Shown: in pieces, positions 28,297-38,774 of the stretch
How the letters are laid out: every line of letters starts with the position of its first letter
Position numbering within the stretch: position 1 is the first letter of the stretch
Assembly (NCBI GenBank): GCA_965242865.1
Contig: CBDETK010000013.1
Coordinates: 4,992,001 to 5,056,000, forward strand
From: Candidatus Latescibacterota bacterium
GTDB taxonomy: Bacteria; Latescibacterota; UBA2968; UBA8231
Length of the DNA: 64,000 nt
Direction: 5' to 3'
Notes under the pieces: model-generated
Told to the model about the DNA's origin: nothing
Database searches by the model: none
The model's input: only the letters and a program-made list of their open reading frames with translations
Translations under genes and position numbers: made by a program

Positions 28297-28562
28297 TGTG
28301 GTCGCCGGTATTGCTGCGCGTGCGAATCGAGGCCGACAAGCACCGCATTCGGTTGTGGATCCCGCTCGTCGTGCTGTGGCCGGTCATCGTCGTCGCGGTG
28401 CTGCTGGGGACTCCTGTAGTAGCGGTGCGCTCGGGGCATTGCGCTCGGCTCCGTTCCGCCCTGCTGGCTGGCCCCTTGCTGCTGTACGCGCTCGCCTCGT
28501 TGCGCGGCCTGCGCTGCAACGTAATCTCCGGCGCGGACCGCGTGTTCATTTCAATCGACTAG
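28296..28562 (+). CDS. Small membrane protein of the DUF2089 operon
   Basis: Coupled TGATG; 'IRLWIPLVVLWP', 'LRGL..V..V.I.' pattern. Confidence 0.7.
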   Translation: MWSPVLLRVRIEADKHRIRLWIPLVVLWPVIVVAVLLGTPVVAVRSGHCARLRSALLAGPLLLYALASLRGLRCNVISGADRVFISID

Positions 28563-28571
28563 GAGGCAGTG

Positions 28572-29483
28572 ATGACTGAAGAGCGACGAAGAGTCCTCAA
28601 CATGCTCTCAGCGGGCAAAGTAACCGTAGAGGAGGCCGAGCGTCTCTTAGAGGTGCTGAGGGCCAATCCCAAGCGCACTGCGCCCGAGGAAGAACCCAAG
28701 AGAGCCGCCCTGCACGACGACGCTTTTGCCGTGGGAGCCAGCCCGCGCCTCGTGGTGCGCGGCTTCAACGGTCGCGTCCGGGTCCATGCCGGCCCCCCCG
28801 GCTCAATTCGCGTGCGGGCGAAGCTGAAAAACCCCCACCGCACCAAGTACAGGGCCGTGCAGGAAGGCGACCTCGTCAAGGTCGAGGTCAAGGCCAAGTC
28901 GGAGCGGCAAGCCGAGGGATTCCTGCCCGGATTTTCCCGCCAGCACGCTGGAGCCAACATCGAGGTGACCGTGCCCGTTGCGACGAGCGTTGACTTGGCG
29001 ACTAGCAACGGGCCGGTCGAGGTCCAAGGAACAGAGGGCGGTGGAACGGTGCAGACCAAGAACGGGCGCGTAAGGGTCGAACAATTCAAGGGCGACCTGA
29101 ACGCGACGACCAAGAACGCCCCAATCGCGGTCAAAACCTTCCAAGGCTCGGCCGCGCTTTCCAACGTGAACAGCCGCGTGTCGGTCGAGGACGCCCACGG
29201 CTGCTTCGACGTGCAGACTATCAACGGGACGATCAAGTTTCAGGGCAGCATTGAGCCTAAAAGTCACAACAGGCTATCCACCTTGAACAGCAGCATCAAG
29301 GTGGCTCTGGACGCCGACCCAAGCCTCAAGCTGAAGGCTGCGACGCTCAACGGGCGCATCCGTTGCGAGGTGCCGGGCTTTGTCGCATCGCTCCATAAGC
29401 GCCACAAACTCGAGGGAATAGTGGGCGAAGGCGAGGCCGAGTTGATCGCCAAAACCATGAACGGCTCCATAGCAGTTGAGTAA
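28572..29483 (+). CDS. DUF4097 beta-strand-repeat protein with N-terminal SHOCT-like (LiaX/YvlB-type) domain
   Basis: EERRRVLNMLSAGKVTVEEAERLL; repeated TxNGxI motifs. Confidence 0.85.
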   Translation: MTEERRRVLNMLSAGKVTVEEAERLLEVLRANPKRTAPEEEPKRAALHDDAFAVGASPRLVVRGFNGRVRVHAGPPGSIRVRAKLKNPHRTKYRAVQEGDLVKVEVKAKSERQAEGFLPGFSRQHAGANIEVTVPVATSVDLATSNGPVEVQGTEGGGTVQTKNGRVRVEQFKGDLNATTKNAPIAVKTFQGSAALSNVNSRVSVEDAHGCFDVQTINGTIKFQGSIEPKSHNRLSTLNSSIKVALDADPSLKLKAATLNGRIRCEVPGFVASLHKRHKLEGIVGEGEAELIAKTMNGSIAVE

Positions 29484-29509
29484 CCACACGGCAAAACAGG
29501 AGGACAGCC

Positions 29510-29914
29510 ATGAGCGAAAACAACAGACGCGTACTCCAGATGCTATCGGAGGGCAAGGTGTCCGTGGATGAGGCCGAGCGTCTGATTGCCCTCGTCGATG
29601 AGCAGCCCGAAGCGACCGCAGCGGTCCCCCGCACGGGAACGGCCCGGTATCTGAGGGTCACCATCCACTCGGATGGCGAGGAACACGTCGATGTCCGAGT
29701 GCCGCTGGCGCTGATCAAGGCCGGCGTCAAGCTGCACACCTTGCTGCCAGAGCAGGCGGCCACCGGGATCAATACGGCCCTACGGGATCACGGCCTTGAC
29801 ATCGACATTGGCAACCTGCGGACCGAGGATCTAGAGGAACTCATAGACGCACTGAGCGAGATCGAGGTCAACATCCAAGACGGGGAGGACAAGGTTCGGG
29901 TGCATTGCGAGTGA
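29510..29914 (+). CDS. SHOCT-like/YvlB-type domain protein
   Basis: RRVLQMLSEGKVSVDEAERLI, RYLRVTI, VDVRVPLALIKAG. Confidence 0.8.
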   Translation: MSENNRRVLQMLSEGKVSVDEAERLIALVDEQPEATAAVPRTGTARYLRVTIHSDGEEHVDVRVPLALIKAGVKLHTLLPEQAATGINTALRDHGLDIDIGNLRTEDLEELIDALSEIEVNIQDGEDKVRVHCE

Positions 29915-30079
29915 TTCGGGCCGCGAGGCAAATTGCGATGGGCGTTCACTAACCGGCGAGTCTTGCAGAGCACGGCGCGCAAGTCTCCCACCGACTTGTA
30001 GCGTACGGCCCGCTGTTCTTTTCGCAAATCTGTCTTTGAAGCGTCCGTACTGTGTGGCCTTATGCCAGCAATCAAACGC

Positions 30080-33000
30080 TCACATCTGGATCTGGTGAGG
30101 CTTCTCTGCGATCATTCGCCAAGCTTCACCGCTGAGCATCCATTTGCCGGAAATTTGTGCTGGATTCTCAATCGGTAGCACGTTATAGGTGCTATCGGCT
30201 ATCCGTTCCACAACATAGAGATACCAAGAACCCGTTGCCTGATCTTCCAACATCTCAAATGCCTTGCGTACTTGTGCGCGACTCAATTCCACAACTTCGT
30301 CTCCCTTCCAAGGACGCTTCTTCGCCAAAGATTTTTGTCGAACAAGGGCACGATCTCGCGTAAAGGAACCTCCCGCGCCATTGGGATCACCATTCTCAGG
30401 CGTTGTTTTTCTATTTGTATTCGTCGGCTCATCTTCGCTTACATGATTTTCCGTATTCGGCTCGTTAGTATTTCTAGTGTTGCTCAGATCATTTTCTAAA
30501 TCCACCTGCTTTCCCGGGTCTGATACTCTCGACGGTAACTCAAAGTCTGGAGCGAAGGATCGTCTAAATTTGTCCGCGGCCAGCCTAAAATCCTCCTCGC
30601 TATCAATTGCTCCCAACATCCCGGTGAGATCCGCTGCAAGGTCCCCACGTTGACGAAAAGAATAGGCGCGCAAAAGCTCTTTGGCAGCGTCGGATCCAAA
30701 TTGAATAGGCCGGCCTGCGACCTTTAGAACGCCGTGGTCCAAGCGAGCATTCACGGGCACTTGCTTATATGGTCCCTTTTCGATTTTTACAAAAAGCTCA
30801 ATTTTTTCAAACCGTCGTAAATGTTTAGCCTGATCGATTTCTGTCTTATCTCCACCATCCCCGCGCTCGCCGCGAACTTGGTGAAGAAGTTTGCAGATAA
30901 GCGTAAACTTGCCGCTCCAGTCGGTAGCCACCTTCTCGCCTGTCTCGTTCCAGTTCATATCAATGGCAGAAGACAGGGGTAGCAACCCGAGTGCTTCCGC
31001 GGTGCGGATCCGATCAGACAGGGAATTGCCAAGATGCCCACCCGTGACAATTTGTAACTCGGCATTTTCAGGGATAAACCTGCGATCTTCGAGATCATCA
31101 AAGTAGATGTTCTCCGCATCAGCCAAAAAGACCCACTTCCCATCAGCAAAGACAGCCGCACCAGAAACAGCCGCGTCCCACTGATTGGACAGCGAATCGT
31201 CCTCAACGCGATCCGTCAGGCAGTACGCATACGCAGTCGGCAACACACCGCGCACCTCGTTTGCCAACCGCTCGGGAGATGATCGCGCCCGTTTCCAAAC
31301 ATCCCGAATATACGCCAACGCTTGCTCACCCGTCGTCGTATCTGGAAATTCATAGGGGAAATCGGGATGTTCCAATTCCTTCCGTAGTACTTCGTCAATG
31401 AGATCCAGTGGGAGAACCCAGCCGCCGAGCGCACCACGGCGTTGTCCTCCGACCCGCTGAACGACGCGATTGATCGGAATGCGCTCGCCATTGTTCGATG
31501 GCACAGCGAGTTCTCTTACAACCTGCTCAAATTGTTCGTCTTCGTCGGTTACAATCTGTTCACGGATATTCCCAAGCAACTCCGCCAATTTTTCTGCATT
31601 GAGTTGCGATCCCACTCTGGAAAGTCTGCCAATCAATGTAGCTTCGGGAATAGCTGTGCCGAAGGCCACCCCTTCTTCCTGAAGAACGGCTAGGAGCTCT
31701 GACGATAGTTTCGCTACGGGCACGCTCTCACGCGCAGGGTCAGACTCTGAAAGCACATCTTGCGGACGACGAAGCTCACCATCAGCGCAAGGAACCCATG
31801 CGAGTTCAGAGAGCTTGACGACCCACTTGCTTGGCCGCGTACCTGTTAGGGAATATGGACGGTAATAGAAGTACTTGGCCTTCCTATTGCCTTTGCGATG
31901 TAAAGCATTAAAGCCATCCTCAAGCCATGCGGCAACCGCCGCTCGCACTTCTTTAGATGCGCCCTCTCCGGGAATTTCCTCAATATCGAAGTCCAGCATT
32001 GTGTAGCCTTTGTTGTTTGACCTACCGATCTTTTGGATATCAAGCTCTAAGAACTTTGCCACCTCGTACATTTCCGATTGACTAGCCTCACTTTTGACCG
32101 GCTGCACTCTGATTGCACCTTGCACGCCTGTTTTTTCAAAAAATTACGCCATTCGTACCGATTTGCATTTTTGGGATCCTGTCCCAAGTAAGCCGCGGAA
32201 ATGGGGAGTTTTGTTGGAAACATAAGCCGTCGGCATTGACCGCGTTCAACATAGGGATCTGCCAAAAGTGCCTCGTTGACCGGTACTCCGAACGGTTCGG
32301 TTTCCGATTCCACAAGCACCCGAGTCAGTAGGTCGGGCCGCTTACGGTGCATGGCCCAGTGCCCAAGTGGGACGAGCACCGACCAGTCCGGCGTCAGCGA
32401 GGTTGCTAAGGCCATCGTAGCGTCCTCAATGACTTCACGAAGAGAGATACTTTTGGCGTGATTATTGATCCAATTCAGAGCCTGAGATAGATCTCCATCT
32501 CCATCTTCTCGCTCCTTTGATGACCTTTGTCGAAGGGCAGCGATCCAACCTTCCGGCAGCCGACAACTCGCCTTCGGAAAGAACGGCTGAATAAACTGGC
32601 GCGTCTCATTGCCGCCCGGCTCGCGTTCCGAAGGCAAAGGCTCATTGAAGAACTCTATCTCGTTCACGGATCGCCATGTCCCATCAGCGGTTCGGACGCA
32701 TGGGAGGTCAGATTCTCGATCCGCGAGCTTGGACACGGCACCCCACACTCGAAAGAGCAAGTCGCGGCGTTTCGCCTCATCGTCAGGCAGTACCTTCCAC
32801 CAACTCTCCAAGCCATCTGCCCAAGTGTCCGCCAAATCTCGTGGCGACATCTCCGCTATAAGACTCGCTTGGACCAACAACCGACGTGCATTAGAACCGA
32901 GTACGTCTTGCCTAAGTACTGACCCATTTAAGAGAACAGTCGGTCTCAATGCCGGGTATTGCTTGAACGTCTCCGCCAGCGGCGCAGGTGGAACGATAAT

Positions 33001-34272
33001 TTGGCTCGGCTTCGCAAACGCCAAGGCCCCGGTTTCCTCAGTCCACACGGGAAGCACTGCCGCGTCCTCAAGTCGCTCCCGTAATCTCGACAGCCAACGA
33101 TCTTCGGCGAGAAGTGCTTCAAGATCACTTAGCTCGGGTGTTGGTCGTGCGAGTGCAACAAAAGCCGCCTTAGCCTCATCAGGCTTCGAGCATGTGCGGG
33201 CAACCCAACCGAGGAAGTGCGCCAACACATCCGCGATCTGGTCCACAATACCGCGTTGCCAAGCGTTCGCCTTTATCTCGGGGATCCCTGTCCGTGAGAT
33301 ATTCAATAGCCAGTCCGCATTGATATGGAGACCGAACGGTAGCGTGACCTCGGTGGGCAATGTGGCATAGACTCGTCCTCTTTTCGGTGGATCGGGTACG
33401 CCCTCGTTGTCCAAGGGCAACACGCCCAGTACTCGGCGTGGCCGGGCTGCCTCGGCGTACACCTGTTCGCGTTCTTCTTCGGTGGGCTGAATCCTGCGGT
33501 TCTCAAGGAAGCGGGCAATCGCTTCTGAAGATGGATTGAATTCTACAGGAAAAAGTTGCCAACGCCCGTTCTCATTTGTGGAGCGAGCAGTCGCTTCCAG
33601 ACTTCCGTCTGGTTCCTCATGGATACCGAGTTTCCAAACATGGCCATCCACTTCGAGACGCTTCAAGCCAGATTCAGCCAAGATCGCCAGAAGCGTGCGA
33701 TCATCGGCGGGAAGGAAACGCGCCAAGTCGGATCGCAGGTCCGCTGTGGGACAGCGCATCTCAAATCGGGTCGTGAATCCCACTCCTGGGGCCTCAATCG
33801 CATCATCCCAGATCGGTGTCACCGCTCCAAGTAGGTCGGGCTGCACATCTCCATACGTTTCGCCTCGCTCTTGACGCATTTCATAACGGAAGGTCCAGCC
33901 CCATCCTGAAATCCGAGCCTCGCCGAAACGCTTGAAGATGCTCTTGAAACCGATTCCCATGAATCCCACGGACGAGGCACCTTTAGTCGAACGAAAAATT
34001 TTTGAGAGTCCCTCGACATCCCTCTTATTGAGCTCCTCGGTTCCATCGTGCTGGCAGGTCAGGGCATCATTATCTTCTGCCAGTCGGAACGCGATTGATT
34101 TCGCGCCAGCATCGAGTGCGTTTTGGACTAACTCAAAAAGGTAGATCCATCCGCTTTCGAAGGCTAGATCAAGCGCACGCAGTGCCCCGCGTCCATCTGG
34201 TGTGTTGTAAAACTTCTGATTCTCATGAGCCAAAGACTCAATGAATTTTCTTTTTTCGGCTGTGTCAGTCAC
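30080..34272 (-). pseudogene. Sacsin/NOV-like HATPase with degenerate C-terminal DUF3883-like domain, split by a frameshift (ORFs 32047..34272 and 30080..32125)
   Basis: YLFELVQNALDA, HDG, VGFMGIGFKS, VYATLPT...HINADWL..ISR. A -1 shift at T6-G-A6 (~32131-32143) joins the ORFs. The tail is 'VELSRAQV...WYLYVVE'. Confidence 0.75.
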
Positions 34273-34488
34273 TTGGATCCTGATTCCAATAGTTACAAGA
34301 CCGTGCTCTATCGGTTCGTTGAGTCAAACCGCGAAACCCCAGATATCTGGTGTGCATTCCAGAGGCAACATCTCGACCATTTTGGTAAGCCCCTGCGAAA
34401 AACCGAAGAACCCAAGGCAAAACCTTGAAAAAAATGAGAAAACAGGCGCGTGAGTGGGCAGGGTAAATGACTATGGAGCAAACCGTAC

Positions 34489-34525
34489 AAAACGCCGTGC
34501 AGAAGAACCACTGCACGGCGTTTTT
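34489..34525 (-). terminator. Intrinsic terminator after the substrate-binding protein gene
   Basis: AAAACGCCGTGCAG-loop-CTGCACGGCGTTTTT perfect stem with A/T tails. Confidence 0.8.
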
Positions 34526-34546
34526 CTGACCTCTTGCACCCAAAAA

Positions 34547-35710
34547 CTAGCGGTCAACCCATTGGTGCAACTCGAACTTGCCTTCCTCAATTTTATAGAT
34601 GCCCGCGCCGCGGATCGGGTGGCGATTTTCGTCGAACCCGGCGATCATGCCCGCCCCGCTGTAGTTGTGGGTCGCGGCGATTTGATCGCGAATTGCCCGC
34701 GGCGTCAGGTTATCGGCATCCACACGCGCCATCGCCTGCGCGACGATCAGGACGGCATCGTATTCCAACGAGGCCGCCCAAGTGGGCGCAGTGCCAAACC
34801 TAGCCGTGTATGCCGTTACAAATTGACGCGCCTCCGCGCTCAAGCCGCTGACGTCGTCGGGCGCGATAAAGCCAGCCGTAAAATAACTGCCTTCGAGCGC
34901 GGCTTGCCCCCCGAGGTCAAACAGGTCGGGGTGCTCAAACCCATCGCCACCGAGAAAAGTCGCCGTCATGCCCAGGTCTTTGGCCTGCTTCACCACCAGC
35001 GGAATTTCCGGGAAAAAGCCGGGCACAAAAACGACGTCGGGCGCGACCTGCTCAATGGCCTGCAACTGCGCGCTGAAATCCGTATCGCCCTCATCGTAAA
35101 ATTGTTCTAGGACAACCGTGCCTCCCCCTTCGCCAAAGCTGGTTGTAAAGTATCGCGCCATGCCCTCCGAATAGATGTACCCACTCATTATCAGAATGGC
35201 GGCGGTCGTCGCCCCCAATCCGTTGGGCGCGGCGGCAAACGCGCCCAACGCATTTCCCTGAAACTCGTCGGTAAATGCGGCCATAAACACAAAATCGCCG
35301 GCAGTGGGCGTGGCCGGATTGGTGGGATAGGTGGTCACCATGGGTATCCCCTTGCTTTGGGCAACTTTCCCCACCTCAAAGGCATGCGTGGCCCAGTCGG
35401 GACCGACGATTGCCAAGACGCTGTCGGTTGTGATCAGTGCCTCTGCGAGCTCAACGCTGCGGGTAGTATTGAACTCGTCATCCCGCGCGATGAGTTGTAG
35501 CGGTCGGCCGCCTATGCCACCCGCTTTGTTCACCTCCTGAACGGCCAATTCCGCGCCGGGCCGCGTGGTCGTGAGCGGGGCTGTGGCAGAATAGAGCATG
35601 CCGATTTTGATCGCGTCCTGCAGCGTGGCCGGACTCGTCGTGCGCTCGCAGCTCCACAGCAATCCTCCGGCGAGGGCCAGCAACATGGTACTACATAATG
35701 CTTTTGACAT
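34547..35710 (-). CDS. ABC transporter substrate-binding lipoprotein (LivJ/type 1 PBP family)
   Basis: Lipobox LWSC, ELAVQEVNKAGGIGGR, DTDFSAQL, FLGGDG, YDAV. Confidence 0.9.
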   Translation of the reverse strand: MSKALCSTMLLALAGGLLWSCERTTSPATLQDAIKIGMLYSATAPLTTTRPGAELAVQEVNKAGGIGGRPLQLIARDDEFNTTRSVELAEALITTDSVLAIVGPDWATHAFEVGKVAQSKGIPMVTTYPTNPATPTAGDFVFMAAFTDEFQGNALGAFAAAPNGLGATTAAILIMSGYIYSEGMARYFTTSFGEGGGTVVLEQFYDEGDTDFSAQLQAIEQVAPDVVFVPGFFPEIPLVVKQAKDLGMTATFLGGDGFEHPDLFDLGGQAALEGSYFTAGFIAPDDVSGLSAEARQFVTAYTARFGTAPTWAASLEYDAVLIVAQAMARVDADNLTPRAIRDQIAATHNYSGAGMIAGFDENRHPIRGAGIYKIEEGKFELHQWVDR

Positions 35711-35761
35711 CGCGACCTCCTAAAGGGGGGGGAGTCGCCGAACCGTCGCGGGGGCCTCCGC

Positions 35762-36547
35762 TCACATCAGCTCCGGCCGAAACTCCACGGCGTTGATGGC
35801 CTTTTGCCGATCGCCATCGTTTTCTACCTCAAACTCGATGATCGCGCCGCGCATCCTCATGTGGGCAAAATCCGCGTTGGACACCAACCCGCCTCGGGCC
35901 GTGCGCAGGTCGGTAATGTGCAGGAAAATATCCTCGCGGATGGTGTCCACGCCCAAGCCGGTTTGCACGGTCAAAAACCCGTAGCCCTTTTCCTCGTTGA
36001 CCGCGTGTAGGATGCCGCGCAACTGCTCGTTTGGACTGCGGTCGGAGAACAAAATGTCGGGCACCAAGTACCCGGAAAAGTGGTAATCTACCTCTTGGCG
36101 CAGCTCTTTGCTGGTGTTCATAAAAGACAGCAGATCGACCCGCTTGCCCCGGTTTTGCAGGGCGCGCACCAAGCGCACGAAATCGCCGTCGCCGCTGCCC
36201 AATAGCACGTAGTCCAAATTTTCCGACTGCAACAAGGCGTCGATCGCCAGCTCTAGGTCGGCGTCGGCCTTGACCATGGTTTCGCCCTCGGAAGTGAGGT
36301 AGCGGCGCACTTCTTTGAGGATTAAGTGGTAGCCCTCCCGCCGCGCTCGATTGCGATACGTTTCCCTTTTCTGGCGGTACTCTATGTCCGTGCTTTCGCG
36401 CTCGCGGTCAACGGCCATGTACGCGTTGGCGCGCACCACAACCGCCTGCTGCGCCTCCACGAGTGCCTTGATCTGGCGAAAGCGGATGGCGTACCCTCCG
36501 CAGCGGTTGAGGTTCTCCATATCGAGAAAGATGCCTGCTTTTAACAT
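35762..36547 (-). CDS. NYN (LabA/DUF88 PIN-like) domain protein with C-terminal cold-shock domain
   Basis: IFLDMENL, KADADLELAID, GSGDGDF..LV..LQ..GKRV; EKGYGFL...DIFLHITD. Confidence 0.88.
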   Translation of the reverse strand: MLKAGIFLDMENLNRCGGYAIRFRQIKALVEAQQAVVVRANAYMAVDRERESTDIEYRQKRETYRNRARREGYHLILKEVRRYLTSEGETMVKADADLELAIDALLQSENLDYVLLGSGDGDFVRLVRALQNRGKRVDLLSFMNTSKELRQEVDYHFSGYLVPDILFSDRSPNEQLRGILHAVNEEKGYGFLTVQTGLGVDTIREDIFLHITDLRTARGGLVSNADFAHMRMRGAIIEFEVENDGDRQKAINAVEFRPELM

Positions 36548-36603
36548 GTAATCCTTGTATCCTTTTTGTGGTAAGTGAGTGATGGGGACTTTGTGGGGCC
36601 ATC

Positions 36604-37680
36604 CTAGACGTGGAAAATGTACAGGTCGCGGGAAAGCAGGGGCAACTCGACCCAAGCGCCGCCTCGGCGGTGGCTCTCGGCGACGGCAATGGTGGCTTCG
36701 GTGATGTGGTGGGTCACGTCAATGTGGCCGCGCGTGGGTTGGCCGCCCTCGCGCGCCGCCACCAAATCCTCCAAGCAGCACTGGGTCGTACTGCGTGGGG
36801 TCTCCGGCTCTACGGGTGCCTTTTCCCACGAGACGCGCCGGCCTTGCGGGGGGCCGGGCTGGCGCAGCAAAACGTCGGCCCCGTTGTTGCACGAGCGAAT
36901 CGCGCCTTCCGAGCCGATGATCTCAAACTCCCACGGGGCCGCGGGAATGGACCACGCCTCAACGCCGTTGACAAAGCGCAGTTGATAGGTGGCCAATGGA
37001 TCGGCCGGAATGTGGTTGCCCTCGACCTGCAAGCCCGGGGGCAACAGCTCGCCGCGGACAGCCGCAATCGCCGGATCGCCGATGAGATAGGATACGGTGT
37101 CGATCGAGTGGATGTGCCCGTGCATCAAGCTGGAACTGGCGTAGTGCAGCACGGCCCGGACCTCGCCGACCTGACCGGCGGCGACCGCGTCCTTGACCGC
37201 CTCGTAGCGGTTGTCAAAGCGGCGCAGGACGCCCGTGTTGAAGAGCGCGTTGTTGCGCTGGACGGCCGCACGGATTTCGTCGGCGCGCTCCATGGAGCTG
37301 GCCATGGCCTTTTCGAGGTAAATCATCGGCACGCCCATATCGGCCACGGCGACTGCTAGGTCGGCGTGCGAGTCGCCGCGGAAGTGCGCGTCCGGGGCTG
37401 CTCGGGCCGGCTTGGGCAAGCAGGCCGCCGTGCATATCGCCACGAGATCGGGTCCTTCGCGGTCGATCATGGCGCGGAAGTCCTGGTACACGGCCGCGTC
37501 CCAGCGGCGTTGGAATGCCTCGCGCTTATCCGGCAAGAGGTCCGCTCCGGCCACGAGTTGGAGCCGCTCGCTCGCCCGAGTGGCGGCCGCGACCGAATAG
37601 GGCAAGTCGCCGTGGCCCTCGTCGTCGATGGTGCTACCCATGCGCCCGAGGCCGATGATCGCTACGGTGTGCTTTTTCAT
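36604..37680 (-). CDS. Gfo/Idh/MocA family oxidoreductase
   Basis: IIGLGRMG, YLEKAMA, LRRF, HSIDT. Confidence 0.88.
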   Translation of the reverse strand: MKKHTVAIIGLGRMGSTIDDEGHGDLPYSVAAATRASERLQLVAGADLLPDKREAFQRRWDAAVYQDFRAMIDREGPDLVAICTAACLPKPARAAPDAHFRGDSHADLAVAVADMGVPMIYLEKAMASSMERADEIRAAVQRNNALFNTGVLRRFDNRYEAVKDAVAAGQVGEVRAVLHYASSSLMHGHIHSIDTVSYLIGDPAIAAVRGELLPPGLQVEGNHIPADPLATYQLRFVNGVEAWSIPAAPWEFEIIGSEGAIRSCNNGADVLLRQPGPPQGRRVSWEKAPVEPETPRSTTQCCLEDLVAAREGGQPTRGHIDVTHHITEATIAVAESHRRGGAWVELPLLSRDLYIFHV

Positions 37681-37823
37681 GGTAATTCTCCTTTCTAGGC
37701 TGCAGACAACCTACTCATCGCACCCCAATCCCGCCAGTGCCGCGCCTCCTTGACAGCCTATCGCGCTATGGACTCTTTGTACAGCCTTCGTCCCCTTGGG
37801 GACCCGCCCAGACCGGAGACCAG

Positions 37824-38774
37824 ATGACGCAAGTGCAAGCTCGGCCCCGCCTAGACCCACGCAAGTTCCAAGACCCGGACGTCACCGCCAACGGCGAGCA
37901 GCGCGCTCGCGTTGCGTTGACCCGGCTGGAAACCCTGTGGTTCAACACCGGCACCCTCTGCAATTTAGCGTGCCCCCACTGCTACATCGAATCGAGCCCG
38001 CGCAACGACCGCTTGGCGTACCTCACCACGGCCGAGGTTGCCGCGTACCTCGACGAGATTGAGCGCGAGCGGCTGGGTACGCACCAGATCGGCTTCACCG
38101 GCGGCGAGCCTTTTGTGAATCCCGACCTGCTCAACATGCTCGCAGACGCGCTGGAACGAGGCTTTGAGGGTTTGGTGCTGACCAACGCCATGCGGCCGAT
38201 GATGAAGTGCGCCGCTGGCCTGTTGCGGCTGCGCCAAGCGCACGGTGACCGGCTGACCATTCGCGTCTCCATGGACCACTACGCGCCCGCGCTGCACGAG
38301 GCCGAGCGCGGCGCCCGCTCTTGGACGCCGATGATCGAGGGCTTGCGCTGGCTGTCCGATTGCGGCTTTCGCATCGCGGTCGCTAGCCGCACGCTCTGGG
38401 GCGACGAAGAAGGCGCGTTGCGCGTTGGCTTTGCCCGGCTCTTCGCCGAGCTCGGCGTCCGCCTAGACGCGGCCGACCCCAGTCAACTCGTGCTGTTCCC
38501 AGAGATGGATGCCTCGATTGATGTACCTGAGATCACCACCGGCTGCTGGGCCCTCCTCGGCCAAGTGCCCGACGCCCTCATGTGCGCCTCGTCGCGCATG
38601 GTCGTCAAGCGCAAGGGCGCGGATGCTCCGGTCGTGCTCGCCTGCACCTTGCTGCCTTATGACGCGGCCTTTGAGCTGGGCCGGACCCTAGCCGAAGCCT
38701 GGGGGCCGGTCAAGCTCAACCATCCGCACTGCGCCCAATTCTGCGTCCTCGGCGGTGCTCGCTGCTCAGCCTGA
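37824..38774 (+). CDS. Radical SAM protein
   Basis: CNLACPHCY (CX3CX2C), FTGGEPF, VLTNA; C-terminal LNHPHCAQFCVLGGARCS. Confidence 0.9.
   Translation: MTQVQARPRLDPRKFQDPDVTANGEQRARVALTRLETLWFNTGTLCNLACPHCYIESSPRNDRLAYLTTAEVAAYLDEIERERLGTHQIGFTGGEPFVNPDLLNMLADALERGFEGLVLTNAMRPMMKCAAGLLRLRQAHGDRLTIRVSMDHYAPALHEAERGARSWTPMIEGLRWLSDCGFRIAVASRTLWGDEEGALRVGFARLFAELGVRLDAADPSQLVLFPEMDASIDVPEITTGCWALLGQVPDALMCASSRMVVKRKGADAPVVLACTLLPYDAAFELGRTLAEAWGPVKLNHPHCAQFCVLGGARCSA

Noticed and set aside
29930-30075. Minus-strand fragment RYKSVGDLRAVL resembling a kinase C-terminus
   Set aside because: Too short and degenerate to support a call.
35725-35732. G8 tract upstream of the substrate-binding protein RBS
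   Set aside because: Intergenic and outside any identifiable promoter spacer or ORF, so there is no support for phase variation.
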